A DNA stretch of 64,000 bases, taken from positions 81,026-145,025 of the forward strand of contig JAGBVH010000015.1 of NCBI GenBank assembly GCA_017630405.1, written 5' to 3'. The position numbers and the translations under genes are program-made. How positions within the stretch are numbered: the first letter of the stretch is position 1; every line of letters starts with the position of its first letter. Of the stretch, positions 1 to 9,308 are shown one piece after another. Origin of the DNA: Alphaproteobacteria bacterium. GTDB lineage: Bacteria; Pseudomonadota; Alphaproteobacteria; Rs-D84. The notes beneath the pieces are model-generated. The model ran no database searches. It saw only the letters and a program-made list of their open reading frames with translations, and was not told where the DNA came from.

Positions 1-564
1 TGGGTTTGAAAAGCCCATGCCCAAAACTTCAAATCTTGATGCTTTGACATTCTGACCCTGCAGATATGCAGCAACAGACTGTGCGCGTTCTTTGGACAGA
101 TTCAGATTGTATTCCGCGCTGCCTGTGTTATCTGTGTGCCCAGAAACCATAACGGTTGAATTGTCATATTTGTTCAAAACTTTTGCTACAGAATTCAACA
201 CAGGATAAAATGAAGAATTAATATCTGCGGAATCTGTTTTAAATGTGATATTGCCCGGCATAATCAAGCGAATATTATCATCGGATTCGACAACCTGAAC
301 GCCTGTAGAAACCAATTCTGCGCGCAATTCTGCTGCCTGGGCATCCAAATAATAACCTGCACCACCACCAACAGCTGCGCCTGCCAAACCTCCAATCAAA
401 GCACCTTTTGAACTCTGTGTACTGCCAATCAAAGCTCCTGTTGCGGCGCCAATTGCTGTACCCCATGTTGCCTTGGAAGTCTGTGTCTGACCTGTGTATG
501 GATTTACGGTTGTGCAACCAGAAACCAATGCGGTAATTGCTAATACAGATAATAATTTTTTCAT
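1..564 (-). CDS. OmpA-family lipoprotein with N-terminal glycine-zipper region (3' end runs off the window start)
   Basis: Own translation of the minus strand from ATG at 564-562. MKKLLSVLAITALVSGC is a lipobox, GALIGGLAGAAVGGGAG a Gly zipper, and SGHTDNTGSAEYNLNLSKERAQSVAAYL an OmpA-type peptidoglycan-binding motif. The frame stays open to position 1, so it is absent from the ORF track. Confidence 0.75.
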   Translation of the reverse strand, partial: MKKLLSVLAITALVSGCTTVNPYTGQTQTSKATWGTAIGAATGALIGSTQSSKGALIGGLAGAAVGGGAGYYLDAQAAELRAELVSTGVQVVESDDNIRLIMPGNITFKTDSADINSSFYPVLNSVAKVLNKYDNSTVMVSGHTDNTGSAEYNLNLSKERAQSVAAYLQGQNVKASRFEVLGMGFSNP

Positions 565-619
565 TTTTTCTCCTTTGAGTTACAAAGAATATTCTAAACC
601 AAGATTTAGAAAAATACAG

Positions 620-642
620 AAAAAAATCACCCGATTGGGTGA
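620..642 (-). terminator. intrinsic terminator
   Basis: Hairpin TCACCC-GATT-GGGTGA (627-642). An A7 run on the plus strand (620-626) gives a U-run after the hairpin on the minus strand. Confidence 0.55.
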
Positions 643-649
643 TTTAATC

Positions 650-853
650 TTATCTGACCTTTGAACTGGTGTGAATTGGGATGATTGGCTTTTTTAATGT
701 ATCGCGCACAATCGTATCTGCCTTTTCTGTTTTAACAGTATCGCGTTCTTTTTCGTGTGTAGTTCCCATCGCGGAATGCAGATGAAATACCAAACCGCCA
801 CAAACAACCGCAATAGCACATATTTCTAAAAAGTCTTTTGTATTTTTACTCAT
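650..853 (-). CDS. small hypothetical membrane protein (67 aa)
   Basis: Internal start MSKNTKDFLEICAIAVVCGGLVFHL of track ORF 650..928. The longer version overlaps the tRNA-Val and its terminator. One hydrophobic helix, own downstream terminator, no recognisable family. Confidence 0.3.
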   Translation of the reverse strand: MSKNTKDFLEICAIAVVCGGLVFHLHSAMGTTHEKERDTVKTEKADTIVRDTLKKPIIPIHTSSKVR

Positions 854-876
854 TTTATTCTCTTGTAAATTCGGAT

Positions 877-900
877 AAAAAATCCGCCAGATTGGCGGAT
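877..900 (-). terminator. intrinsic terminator downstream of tRNA-Val
   Basis: Hairpin ATCCGCC-AGATT-GGCGGAT (882-900) with an A-run at 877-881, which reads as a U-run on the minus strand. Confidence 0.55.
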
Positions 901-906
901 AAATTC

Positions 907-983
907 TGGTGGGTGTTGAGGGACTCAAACCCCCGACCCTCTCGGTGTAAACGAGATGCTCTAATCAACTGAGCTAAACACCC
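907..983 (-). tRNA. tRNA-Val (anticodon TAC), CCA encoded
   Basis: The reverse complement folds by hand as a cloverleaf: GGGTGTT/AACACCC acceptor, GCTC..GAGC D arm, TCTCG-TTTACAC-CGAGA anticodon arm, GGGGG-TTTGAGT-CCCTC T arm, ACCA. Confidence 0.9.
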
Positions 984-1035
984 GATTGCTTAATTGCTGG
1001 CCAATAATAAGATAAATTTTTTTATTTGTCCAGTC

Positions 1036-1761
1036 TTATTTTAAATTTTTACCATTTTTTGCTAAAAATTGTTGTTTTTTAACAAGAATACGGCCGTTTT
1101 CATATACTGGTGCGGCTATTTCCTGAACAGGGGTACGCCAATAAACCTCGCCCTTATCGGTGTTTATGGCATACAAATTACTGTCTGTGCCGACTACAAA
1201 GGCAAAATCACCAACGATTATAAAGCCAACCGATACCCCAAGGTCCAAACACCACTTTTTAGCGCCATTTGTCGCATTTATCCGACAAAACGCATCACCC
1301 AGACCACCAACATACACTGAATCCCCAACTGGCATAATTGGTGCGATAATATCAACAACAGATGCTCCGCCGGTCAGATTGCTGGCACGATAAATATCGG
1401 CAATCCATACAATATGACGATTGGTTGGATTGATTTTTACCAATTCGCCAGTGGTCAATCCCGCATAGATATATTTGCCGCTGCATACTGGTTTTTGTTC
1501 GCTTTTAACAGAATTGCTGGTTGGGAACCCGCTGAATATTTTCCGTTCCCCTTGCCAAATCACATTAGAAGAATCCTGTGTATATTTACAATCTGTGCTA
1601 TCAATCACTGTGGCGATTTCTGGCAAGTTTGAAACTTCCTTGTCCAGCACCTTGATTTGATTGTTATCAAATATGGCAACGCGCGTGCCCGACAAAATAG
1701 GATCGTGTTTATCACAGGCGGTCAAACCCAGTGCGCAAATAATTGCTAGTATTTTTCGCAT
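1036..1761 (-). CDS. PQQ-like beta-propeller repeat lipoprotein, BamB-like (short)
   Basis: Lipobox ALGLTAC. Repeated Y-AG/VG..G.L.AIN...G...W type motifs (NLYAINTDKGEVYWR, AFCRINATNGAKKWC). It lies directly downstream of a YfgM-like gene, as in the yfgM-bamB arrangement. At 241 aa it is shorter than typical BamB. Confidence 0.5.
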   Translation of the reverse strand: MRKILAIICALGLTACDKHDPILSGTRVAIFDNNQIKVLDKEVSNLPEIATVIDSTDCKYTQDSSNVIWQGERKIFSGFPTSNSVKSEQKPVCSGKYIYAGLTTGELVKINPTNRHIVWIADIYRASNLTGGASVVDIIAPIMPVGDSVYVGGLGDAFCRINATNGAKKWCLDLGVSVGFIIVGDFAFVVGTDSNLYAINTDKGEVYWRTPVQEIAAPVYENGRILVKKQQFLAKNGKNLK

Positions 1762-1778
1762 ATAAAATCCCTCGTTAA

Positions 1779-2429
1779 TTAACGCAATATTTGTGCATTG
1801 CCCGCAATAGAAGCAGGTGCGTTTTTGTCGTTAATAATTTTATCCAACCACTTGTTTGCCGCATCGCGATTATCTTCAGACAAATACTTCTGTGCGATTG
1901 TCAAAGAAGCGGTGTAATAAAAAGGTGAATTTTTTGTATTCAAATCAGACAAGTATTCTTCGACCTGTTTGCCTGTCATTTGGTCGCCGCGCATTGTGAC
2001 AATATGCAGACGCGCCAAATCACGAAAATCGCGTGAATTACCATCGTTTGCTAACTGTTCTAATTTTTCTATGTTTTTATCCAACAGATATGACTGGAAC
2101 AGCGCCAAATCCGCCATCGCGCCCGAAGCATTGTTTGCGACACCCGCCAGTGCATTTGCATCAATATTTTCAACCGCCACTTCATAGTTGCGCGCCATTG
2201 CCAATTTATTTGCGCGATAAGTGCGCACACCAATTTGAATACCTGTGACAACAATCATAATACAGAAAGCAGCAATCAAAATATGCCTTGAATACTTTTT
2301 AATAAACTTCAAAGTTTTTTCATTATTAACTTCTTCCCATACTTCGCGGTACAGTGCGTCTTCGGCATGTTCTTCGCGTGTTTTAACTGGTGCTTTTGTT
2401 TTTTTGTTTCTTTCCAACATAGTTGCCAT
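1779..2429 (-). CDS. membrane-anchored TPR-like protein, YfgM-like
   Basis: N-terminal charged region, then one TM helix (ILIAAFCIMIVVTGIQIGV), then a helical repeat domain. Position upstream of the BamB-like gene supports the call. Confidence 0.5.
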   Translation of the reverse strand: MATMLERNKKTKAPVKTREEHAEDALYREVWEEVNNEKTLKFIKKYSRHILIAAFCIMIVVTGIQIGVRTYRANKLAMARNYEVAVENIDANALAGVANNASGAMADLALFQSYLLDKNIEKLEQLANDGNSRDFRDLARLHIVTMRGDQMTGKQVEEYLSDLNTKNSPFYYTASLTIAQKYLSEDNRDAANKWLDKIINDKNAPASIAGNAQILR

Positions 2430-2445
2430 TTTTAATTCTCCTGTC

Positions 2446-2473
2446 TTGAAAAATCTTATTTTATTGATATACT
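2446..2473 (+). promoter_or_regulatory. sigma70-type promoter candidate for rpoH
   Basis: TTGAAA (2446-2451), 16-nt spacer, TATACT (2468-2473). The -10 element ends only 9 nt before the rpoH ATG, and no SD is visible. Confidence 0.35.
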
Positions 2474-2482
2474 ATAAAAGAT

Positions 2483-3391
2483 ATGAAAAATCAACACAAG
2501 AACACTTTACCGACCACACAATCTGCGGGCATAGTTGCTGCCCGTGGGGTCAGTGACGAAAATGGCTTGGCCCAGTATATCCAAGATATCCAAAAATTCC
2601 CGATTTTAACCGCCCAACAGGAATATGAATATGCAACCAAATGGTCGCGCGAGCATGATTCTGTTGCAGCAGAAAAATTGGTGGCCAGTCATTTGCGTAT
2701 GGTTGTTTCTGTGGCATATGATTTCAAGAATTATGGTATTCCATTGGGTGATTTGATTGCCAGTGGTAATATGGGCCTGATGCAGGCATTACAGAAATTT
2801 GATCCAGAAAAAGGATTCCGTTTTTCGACCTATGCCATGTTCTGGGTCAAGGCCGAGATTTATGAAACAATTCTAAACAACTGGTCGATTGTTCGTATTG
2901 GCACATCCGCCAATCAAAAGCGTGTATTCTTTAATTTGTCGCGTGCAAAGCGTGCGTTGGGCATCATGGATAATAATCTTTCTGATGAACAAGCGGCACA
3001 AATCGCAAATTATCTGGAAGTACCAGAATCCGATGTCAAGCGTATGGCAACGCGCATTGGTGCGCGCGATGTATCATTAAATGCGCCCATGAATTCCGAA
3101 GACGGGGCGACTGATATTTTGTCCAATATGGCTGATAGCCGCGCTAATATCGAGGAAACTCTTGAACAATTAGAATTTCGTAAGCGTGGATATGAATTGT
3201 TGCGTAAGCATTTGGAAAAATTACCGGAGCGTGACAGGGAAATTCTCAAGGCGCGCCGTTTGACAGAACCTGCCCTTACGCTTGAGGCACTGTCACAAAA
3301 ATATAACATATCCCGCGAACGCGTCCGCCAAATCGAGGAACGCGCATATAAAAAGTTAAGTGAAGCAATACTTAAAGAAGCCCAAGGGTAA
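2483..3391 (+). CDS. rpoH: RNA polymerase sigma-32 factor
   Basis: Sigma70 regions 2-4 are present (HLRMVVSVAYDF, GNMGLMQALQKFDPEKGFRFSTYAMFW). There is an RpoH-box-like QKRVFFNLSRAKR and a region 4.2 ISRERVRQIEERAYKKL. Confidence 0.9.
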   Translation: MKNQHKNTLPTTQSAGIVAARGVSDENGLAQYIQDIQKFPILTAQQEYEYATKWSREHDSVAAEKLVASHLRMVVSVAYDFKNYGIPLGDLIASGNMGLMQALQKFDPEKGFRFSTYAMFWVKAEIYETILNNWSIVRIGTSANQKRVFFNLSRAKRALGIMDNNLSDEQAAQIANYLEVPESDVKRMATRIGARDVSLNAPMNSEDGATDILSNMADSRANIEETLEQLEFRKRGYELLRKHLEKLPERDREILKARRLTEPALTLEALSQKYNISRERVRQIEERAYKKLSEAILKEAQG

Positions 3392-3396
3392 TTTTA

Positions 3397-4416
3397 ATGA
3401 AGTTTTTTACAAGTTTATTGGTGCTGGGTTCGGTTTTAACCCCAACCTTTGCGAATGCGTTAAGTTATGATGCCGGAAAGTTTTCCTTTAAATTAACAGG
3501 CTATGGCACAGCAGGATTGATTGAACCTGATTTTGAGACTCCGATTTTTGTCGGCGACTGGCGCGTGCGCGGTCAAATGAATTACGCGATAAATGATATT
3601 TATACATTTGGTGCGGTTTATGCCATCGATGCTAATGCAGTCGAAGAAGATAAATTTATGCGTGAAGCATTTATGTCTTTGGATAACAAAAACTACGGTC
3701 GCGCGGAACTTGGTTTTACAGATTCTATTGCGCGTAAACTTGGGTTGGGATTACCTGATGTTGGTGGTTTGCGTATAAACGATAAACCGTTGTTTCATAA
3801 AAAGATTATTCCAGATGGTCCTGTGATTTCGGATACAATTATTTCTACGGGGCGCAGTGCGTTGCGTATGAATCTGGCGACAAAATCAATTGATGGTAAG
3901 CAGTATGGTGTATCTTTGGCGGGTTTAACCGATGACTATAACTGGGCGGTAGATGCAGGGCTTAAACTTCGTCATTCGTCTGGCAAGGTTAAAACGGCAT
4001 TTTCATTTGGTGCATCTTTTATGGATAATCCTGATGATTACAGCAACGATGTTTATACCCCAAATGTCACCGCGGATTGGCGTGCACAAATTGATGCGGG
4101 TATGAATCTGCAATATAATAGTTGGATATGGGGTGTGTCGGGTCGTATTGTATATGACGAAAATCCTATTGGCCCGATATCAGATGGTTTGGTTGTTGGT
4201 ACCGGTGTCAGTTATGATTTGTTAAAATACAGCGTATCTTTGACCTATATGTTCTCGGATACAGGTGTTTGGAATCATGATGTGGATGATTTTCTGGACC
4301 ATATGGTCATTGGTTCATTCCGATATAAATACAGCGCAAATGTAGATGGCTGGATGTCACTTGGTATTACATCAAAAACACCGTTTGTATCCGCCGGTAT
4401 GCGTTTAACATTCTAA
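3397..4416 (+). CDS. outer-membrane porin-like beta-barrel protein
   Basis: Signal peptide MKFFTSLLVLGSVLTPTFANA, alternating amphipathic pattern, Gly/Tyr/Asp-rich, C-terminal ...GMRLTF with terminal Phe. Confidence 0.55.
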   Translation: MKFFTSLLVLGSVLTPTFANALSYDAGKFSFKLTGYGTAGLIEPDFETPIFVGDWRVRGQMNYAINDIYTFGAVYAIDANAVEEDKFMREAFMSLDNKNYGRAELGFTDSIARKLGLGLPDVGGLRINDKPLFHKKIIPDGPVISDTIISTGRSALRMNLATKSIDGKQYGVSLAGLTDDYNWAVDAGLKLRHSSGKVKTAFSFGASFMDNPDDYSNDVYTPNVTADWRAQIDAGMNLQYNSWIWGVSGRIVYDENPIGPISDGLVVGTGVSYDLLKYSVSLTYMFSDTGVWNHDVDDFLDHMVIGSFRYKYSANVDGWMSLGITSKTPFVSAGMRLTF

Positions 4417-4450
4417 AAAAAAGCCCCAAACGGGGCCTGAATTTTTTTTT
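4414..4450. terminator. bidirectional intrinsic terminator between porin gene and ybaB
   Basis: Hairpin GCCCC-AAAC-GGGGC (4423-4436) flanked by A8 upstream and a T-run downstream. Confidence 0.7.
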
Positions 4451-4750
4451 TTACATAGGCATCGGAACGCCAGCGGTGGCCTCACCCATGACTTTGTCAA
4501 TCATGATATCCGCCTTTTGCTTTGCATCACGATATGCATCAGATACTGCCTGTGCGACTGCGTCTGCCCCCTGTGACAAGATATCAGGATTAATAACCAT
4601 TTTTACTAAATCGTATTTACCGGTCATATCAATAATACAGGCGCCGTTCAGGGCAAGACCCTTTACAACTGTTTTTGCCAATTGCTCCTGCGCTGCTGCA
4701 ACTTTGTTCTGCAGTTCCGCAGCCTGCGCCATTAATGCTTCCATATCCAT
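4451..4750 (-). CDS. ybaB: YbaB/EbfC family nucleoid-associated protein
   Basis: 99 aa. MEALMAQAAELQNKVAAAQEQLAK...V.G.A..G...I...G......V.I.P matches the pattern typical of YbaB. Confidence 0.8.
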   Translation of the reverse strand: MDMEALMAQAAELQNKVAAAQEQLAKTVVKGLALNGACIIDMTGKYDLVKMVINPDILSQGADAVAQAVSDAYRDAKQKADIMIDKVMGEATAGVPMPM

Positions 4751-4764
4751 TTTATCTCTCCTGT

Positions 4765-5127
4765 TTATTTTTGATTTTCATTAATATGCAACATCTGTAA
4801 TACGCGAACTGGTATTCCTGCCGCCTGTGCAGTAATTGGATTTAATTCCATGCGTGGCAAAATTTCTTCATTGGCATACTTGGTTGCGCGTTTCTGTGAT
4901 TCGAATTCCTTATCAGAAGTAACAAAAGGCAGAACGCGTTGCGCACCAGATGGTGTGACGCTTAACTTGGACATATAAAACAAAAACTTCCCTGTATTCT
5001 TGTTTTGCGCAATTCCAGGAAAATAAGTTTCACTTACCCATTTGCGAAGCGCAGGAATATCATGGACATCCCATTCAAGATGGGATGCCCATTGTGTATC
5101 TGTCCATTTCAATTGTTCGGGTGTCAT
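4765..5127 (-). CDS. hypothetical protein (120 aa)
   Basis: Clean ORF packed between pnp and ybaB on the same strand. No motif recognised. Confidence 0.45.
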   Translation of the reverse strand: MTPEQLKWTDTQWASHLEWDVHDIPALRKWVSETYFPGIAQNKNTGKFLFYMSKLSVTPSGAQRVLPFVTSDKEFESQKRATKYANEEILPRMELNPITAQAAGIPVRVLQMLHINENQK

Positions 5128-5136
5128 ACAGTTCCC

Positions 5137-7299
5137 TTACTTCTTGATTTCTTCGCCTGTTTTCTGGTCGATGCCAACCATAGACATACGTGTTTTGCCG
5201 CGTTTGTCGGCACCCAGATAGCGAACATAAACAGTATCACCTTCTTTAATCTTGGCGTCTTCGATTTTTGCCAATCTTTCGCCAGTGATTTCAGAAATAT
5301 GAACCATTGCTTCGAAGCCGTTCATGATTTTAACAAACAGACCAAATTCTTTCATGCCGGATACAGTCCCTTTGTAAATCTGACCTACTTCTGGTTCAGC
5401 AACGATATCTTTGATACGGCGGATTGCTTCGTCTGCATCTTCTTTTGATACAGCCATAATTTTAACTGTACCGTCATCTTCCAAATCAATGATAGTGTTT
5501 GTTTCACGAACCAATGCTTGGATAACGCTGCCACCTTTACCGATTACTTCACGAACCTTGTCTGGATTGATTTTCATCTGATATGCCTGAGGTGCATATT
5601 CAGAAACTTTTTCGCGTGGCTTTTTGATTGCTTTTTCAATCTTGCCCAAGATGTGCATACGACCATCTTTTGCCTGTGCCAAAGCGCGTTCCATAATTTC
5701 GAAAGTAATAGATGTGATTTTAATATCCATCTGCAACGCAGTTACACCTTGGTCTGTACCTGTCACCTTAAAGTCCATATCGCCCAAGTGGTCTTCGTCA
5801 CCCAAGATATCTGTCAGAATTGCGTAATCATCGCCTTCTTTGATCAGACCCATCGCGATACCAGCAACTGGACGTTTCATAGGAACACCACCGTCCATCA
5901 TTGCCAATGTTGCGCCGCATGTTGTCGCCATAGAAGAAGAACCATTAGATTCCAAAATATCTGACACGATACGAATTACATAATCGAATTCGCTGCGGCT
6001 TGGTACCATTGGATGAACCGCGCGCCATGCCAAATTCCCGTGACCAATTTCACGACGACCTGGGGACTTCAAACCTTTACATTCACCAACGGAATAACCT
6101 GGGAAGTTATAGTTCAAGATAAAGTCGCGTTCTTCTGCGCCATCCAAAGATTCGATTGGCAACGCATCTTTACCACCGCCCAATGTCAATGAAACCAAAG
6201 CCTGTGTTTCGCCGCGTGTAAACAGTGCGGAACCATGTGCGCGTGGTAATACACCCAATTCGATTTCGATTGGACGAACTGTTTTGTTATCACGACCATC
6301 GATACGTGGTTTACCAGCCAAGATATTGCCGCGCATAATGCGTGCGGTCAGATTTTCAACAACTTCATCTGCCCAGGATTCCAAAGTAGATGCAGCGCGT
6401 TCTGATTCTGGGAACAGTTCAGGAATGCGTGCTTTGGCCTGTGCGTGGATATCAGCCAATGTTTCCAAGCGAACCAATTTTTCTTTGATTTGTAATGCAG
6501 ATTCAATTGCACCAGAAAACTGTTCAAAATCAGATTCCATTGTTAACTGTTCTTCTGTTTTTTCTGGGGTTGCCCAACGTTCTTTGCCAGCTTTTTCTGC
6601 CAATTCATTGATAGCATTGATAACTGTCTGTTGTGCGTCGAAACCAAATTTAACAGCACCCAAAACAGTCTTTTCATCTAATTCGCCGATTTCAGATTCA
6701 ACCATCAACACGCCGTCTTTGGTTGCAGCAACGACCAAGTCCATTTCGGATTCTTCTACTTCCTTTTTAGAAGGATTCAAGATATATTCGCCATCTGCAT
6801 AACCAACGCGTGCAGCACCGATTGGACCCTGAAAAGGAACGCCACTCAAAGCCAATGCGGCACTAGAAGCTATCATAGCCAAAATGTCTGGCTGATTCTT
6901 TTTGTCATATGAAAATACCTGTGCGATAATTTGAACTTTGTTCTTGAATGTTTCTGGGAACAAAGGACGAATTGGGCGGTCAATCAAACGCGCTGTCAAT
7001 GTTTCAGCGGTTGATGCCTTGCCTTCGCGGCGGTCGCGGGAACCAGGGATACGACCAGCGGACGCGAACTTTTCTTGATAGTCAACTGTCAAAGGAAAGA
7101 AATCCTGACCTTCTACTGCTGCCTTTTCGGCGCACACAGTTGCCAATACCATTGTTCCACCCATTGTTGCTAATACAGAACCATTGGCTTGTTTTGCCAT
7201 ACGACCTGTTTCCAGACGCAGAACTTCATTTCCATATGGAATTTCAACTACGACTGGGTTATTCAGTTTTTCGTCTTTTTTAAATAAACCAAATACCAT
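5137..7299 (-). CDS. pnp: polyribonucleotide nucleotidyltransferase (PNPase)
   Basis: Two RNase PH-like domains, a KH domain (INPDKVREVIGKGGSVIQ) and an S1 domain (VGQIYKGTVSGMKEFGLFV). The start is placed at MVFGLFKK; the track ORF extends 10 codons further to 7329. Confidence 0.95.
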   Translation of the reverse strand: MVFGLFKKDEKLNNPVVVEIPYGNEVLRLETGRMAKQANGSVLATMGGTMVLATVCAEKAAVEGQDFFPLTVDYQEKFASAGRIPGSRDRREGKASTAETLTARLIDRPIRPLFPETFKNKVQIIAQVFSYDKKNQPDILAMIASSAALALSGVPFQGPIGAARVGYADGEYILNPSKKEVEESEMDLVVAATKDGVLMVESEIGELDEKTVLGAVKFGFDAQQTVINAINELAEKAGKERWATPEKTEEQLTMESDFEQFSGAIESALQIKEKLVRLETLADIHAQAKARIPELFPESERAASTLESWADEVVENLTARIMRGNILAGKPRIDGRDNKTVRPIEIELGVLPRAHGSALFTRGETQALVSLTLGGGKDALPIESLDGAEERDFILNYNFPGYSVGECKGLKSPGRREIGHGNLAWRAVHPMVPSRSEFDYVIRIVSDILESNGSSSMATTCGATLAMMDGGVPMKRPVAGIAMGLIKEGDDYAILTDILGDEDHLGDMDFKVTGTDQGVTALQMDIKITSITFEIMERALAQAKDGRMHILGKIEKAIKKPREKVSEYAPQAYQMKINPDKVREVIGKGGSVIQALVRETNTIIDLEDDGTVKIMAVSKEDADEAIRRIKDIVAEPEVGQIYKGTVSGMKEFGLFVKIMNGFEAMVHISEITGERLAKIEDAKIKEGDTVYVRYLGADKRGKTRMSMVGIDQKTGEEIKK

Positions 7300-7458
7300 T
7301 TGTTTTCTCCATTTTTTATTTTTCATCATATCTGCGAAGAAAAATTATTCGTTTCTGCATTCTGCCCTAAATGCACAAAAGAACAATTTCATCTCCGCTG
7401 CCCTTGATTATAAAGTATATTTAGCGGTTTTCAAGCATTGTTTACATTATGGCATTGT

Positions 7459-7487
7459 TTGTAAGACGGGTGTTTTTGTGCTATAAT
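7459..7487 (+). promoter_or_regulatory. extended -10 promoter candidate for the ABC transporter gene
   Basis: TTGTAA (7459-7464), 17-nt spacer, TGcTATAAT (7479-7487). An AGGGG SD follows before the ATG at 7516. Confidence 0.4.
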
Positions 7488-7515
7488 AATCCCAATATTT
7501 ACACAGGGGTAAATT

Positions 7516-9279
7516 ATGCGTTTTCCAAAGACAGTAATGGGATTTTATATCAAGAACTTCTGGCGTTATTGTGGACCAGTTGCCCTGCTTTATTCCTTCT
7601 TTGCGATTGTGGATACCTTTGGCACATATGTTTTGCCGGCATATTATTTGAAAAAGTCGGTATCTATCCTTGAATCTGTGCCTGTTGCGGACGCTTTTTA
7701 TGTGCTTATACCAGTGGCTGGCGCATACTTTTTACTGCGTGGTTTTCAATGGTGTGCATCATTGTTGCGCTGGTTTACTTTTGACAAGTTTATTAAGTAT
7801 CCTTCATACAATAAAATTTCGACTGATTTATATCGCTATGTATTTTCCCAAAGTGCTGAATTTTATACAACTTCTATGCCGGGCAAAATAAACAGTCAAA
7901 TTCACAGAATTGCGGAATCGTTTTTCGAAACAGTCGAAATGATTTTTGGCAGTGTGACCGGTGCGCTTATCTCGTTTGTTATAACAGCAACCAGTTTATC
8001 GGCAATTGGCTGGCAATATACGCTTGTGATTACAGTTGCGGTTCTGTTTAGAATAGTTTGGGGAATTTTTACAATCAAGAAATCGTTGCGTATGGCGGGG
8101 AAACGGGCCGAAGCCTTAAACACTCTTCAGGGGCGTCTGTTAGATGCTTTATCTAACTTTATGGTTGTAAAAATGTTTGCGCGCACAGAATACGAACAAA
8201 ATTATGTTTCGCCAATTCGCAAAAAGTACGAGCGCGATGCGAACGCAGCGCATTTTTGGTCGCGCTTTTTCTGGGCTCCTGGTAATTTGGTAATGGACAC
8301 AATATGTTTTTCGTTGTTTATATTGCTGTCTGGATATATGTACAGTATTGGTCAGTCAACAATTGCGGACATATCCTTTGCGCTGGCTGTATACGCAGGA
8401 ATCAGTTCGGTTGCATTCGGTATTGTTATGAATATCAAGAACTTTACATCAAGTCTTGGCAATGCATCTGGTTCATATAATTCCTTAATTTGTCCGATTG
8501 CTATTAATGATGATGTTAATGCGCCGGATCTGAAAATCGGTGCTGCTACAATCCAGATTAAAAATCTGAAATTCAGATATAATAAAAAATATGTTCTGGA
8601 TAATTTATCTTTAGACATCAAGGCCGGTGAAAAAGTCGGGATTGTTGGTTTGTCTGGTGCGGGCAAAACTACATTGGTAAATTTGTTATTGCGTATGTAT
8701 GATCCGACAAGTGGTGAAATATCCATAGACGGGCAAAATATCAGGCATGTCACACAGGATTCGTTGCGTAAAAACATATCTTTTATTCCTCAGGATGCAA
8801 CGATGTTTAATCGCAGTATTTATGACAATATTGCTTATGGAAATATGTCTGCGAATAAAAATGATGTATTGCGTGCGGCAAAACTAGCATCTGCACATGA
8901 GTTTATAAAAAATACAACAAATGGCTATGATACATTGGTTGGTGATCGCGGAATTAAATTGTCGGGTGGTCAGCGTCAAAGAATTGCAATCGCACGCGCA
9001 TTTCTAAAAGATGCACCGATACTGATTTTGGACGAGGCAACAGCCGCGCTGGATTCTGAAACCGAGGCCACAATTCAAAAATCGTTTGAAGAATTGTCAC
9101 ATGGTCGCACAACGGTTGTTATCGCACATCGTCTTTCAACTTTGCGCAATATGGACCGCATTATTGTCTTGGATAAAGGGCGTATATTGGAAAGTGGTAC
9201 GCACACGAAATTGTTGCGCCAAAAAGGTTTGTATTCAAAATTATGGCAAATGCAATCTGGTGGATTTATTCAGGAATAA
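7516..9279 (+). CDS. ABC exporter, fused permease/ATPase (MsbA/multidrug type)
   Basis: N-terminal six-TM domain. Walker A GLSGAGKTT, signature LSGGQRQRIAIARA, Walker B ILILDEATAALD. Confidence 0.9.
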   Translation: MRFPKTVMGFYIKNFWRYCGPVALLYSFFAIVDTFGTYVLPAYYLKKSVSILESVPVADAFYVLIPVAGAYFLLRGFQWCASLLRWFTFDKFIKYPSYNKISTDLYRYVFSQSAEFYTTSMPGKINSQIHRIAESFFETVEMIFGSVTGALISFVITATSLSAIGWQYTLVITVAVLFRIVWGIFTIKKSLRMAGKRAEALNTLQGRLLDALSNFMVVKMFARTEYEQNYVSPIRKKYERDANAAHFWSRFFWAPGNLVMDTICFSLFILLSGYMYSIGQSTIADISFALAVYAGISSVAFGIVMNIKNFTSSLGNASGSYNSLICPIAINDDVNAPDLKIGAATIQIKNLKFRYNKKYVLDNLSLDIKAGEKVGIVGLSGAGKTTLVNLLLRMYDPTSGEISIDGQNIRHVTQDSLRKNISFIPQDATMFNRSIYDNIAYGNMSANKNDVLRAAKLASAHEFIKNTTNGYDTLVGDRGIKLSGGQRQRIAIARAFLKDAPILILDEATAALDSETEATIQKSFEELSHGRTTVVIAHRLSTLRNMDRIIVLDKGRILESGTHTKLLRQKGLYSKLWQMQSGGFIQE

Positions 9280-9308
9280 AAAAACGCCCAAACGGGCGTT
9301 CCTTTTTT
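9277..9308. terminator. bidirectional intrinsic terminator
   Basis: Hairpin ACGCCC-AAAC-GGGCGT (9284-9299) flanked by an A-run and a T-run between convergent genes. Confidence 0.7.

Noticed and set aside
650-928. 92-aa version of the small minus-strand ORF
   Set aside because: The N-terminal 25 codons run through the tRNA-Val terminator hairpin and into the tRNA gene itself. Only the shorter MSKNTK form is kept, at low confidence.
2445-2475. CTTGAAA upstream of rpoH looked like a sigma-32 -35 box (autoregulation)
   Set aside because: No CCCCAT-like -10 follows at the correct spacing. TTGAAA, a 16-nt spacer and TATACT fit a sigma-70 promoter better.
7228-7243. Palindrome ATTTCCATATGGAAAT inside pnp, considered as a third parS-like site
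   Set aside because: The core is TTCCA..TGGAA, not TTTCA..TGAAA, and it lies within a coding sequence. Most likely coincidental.
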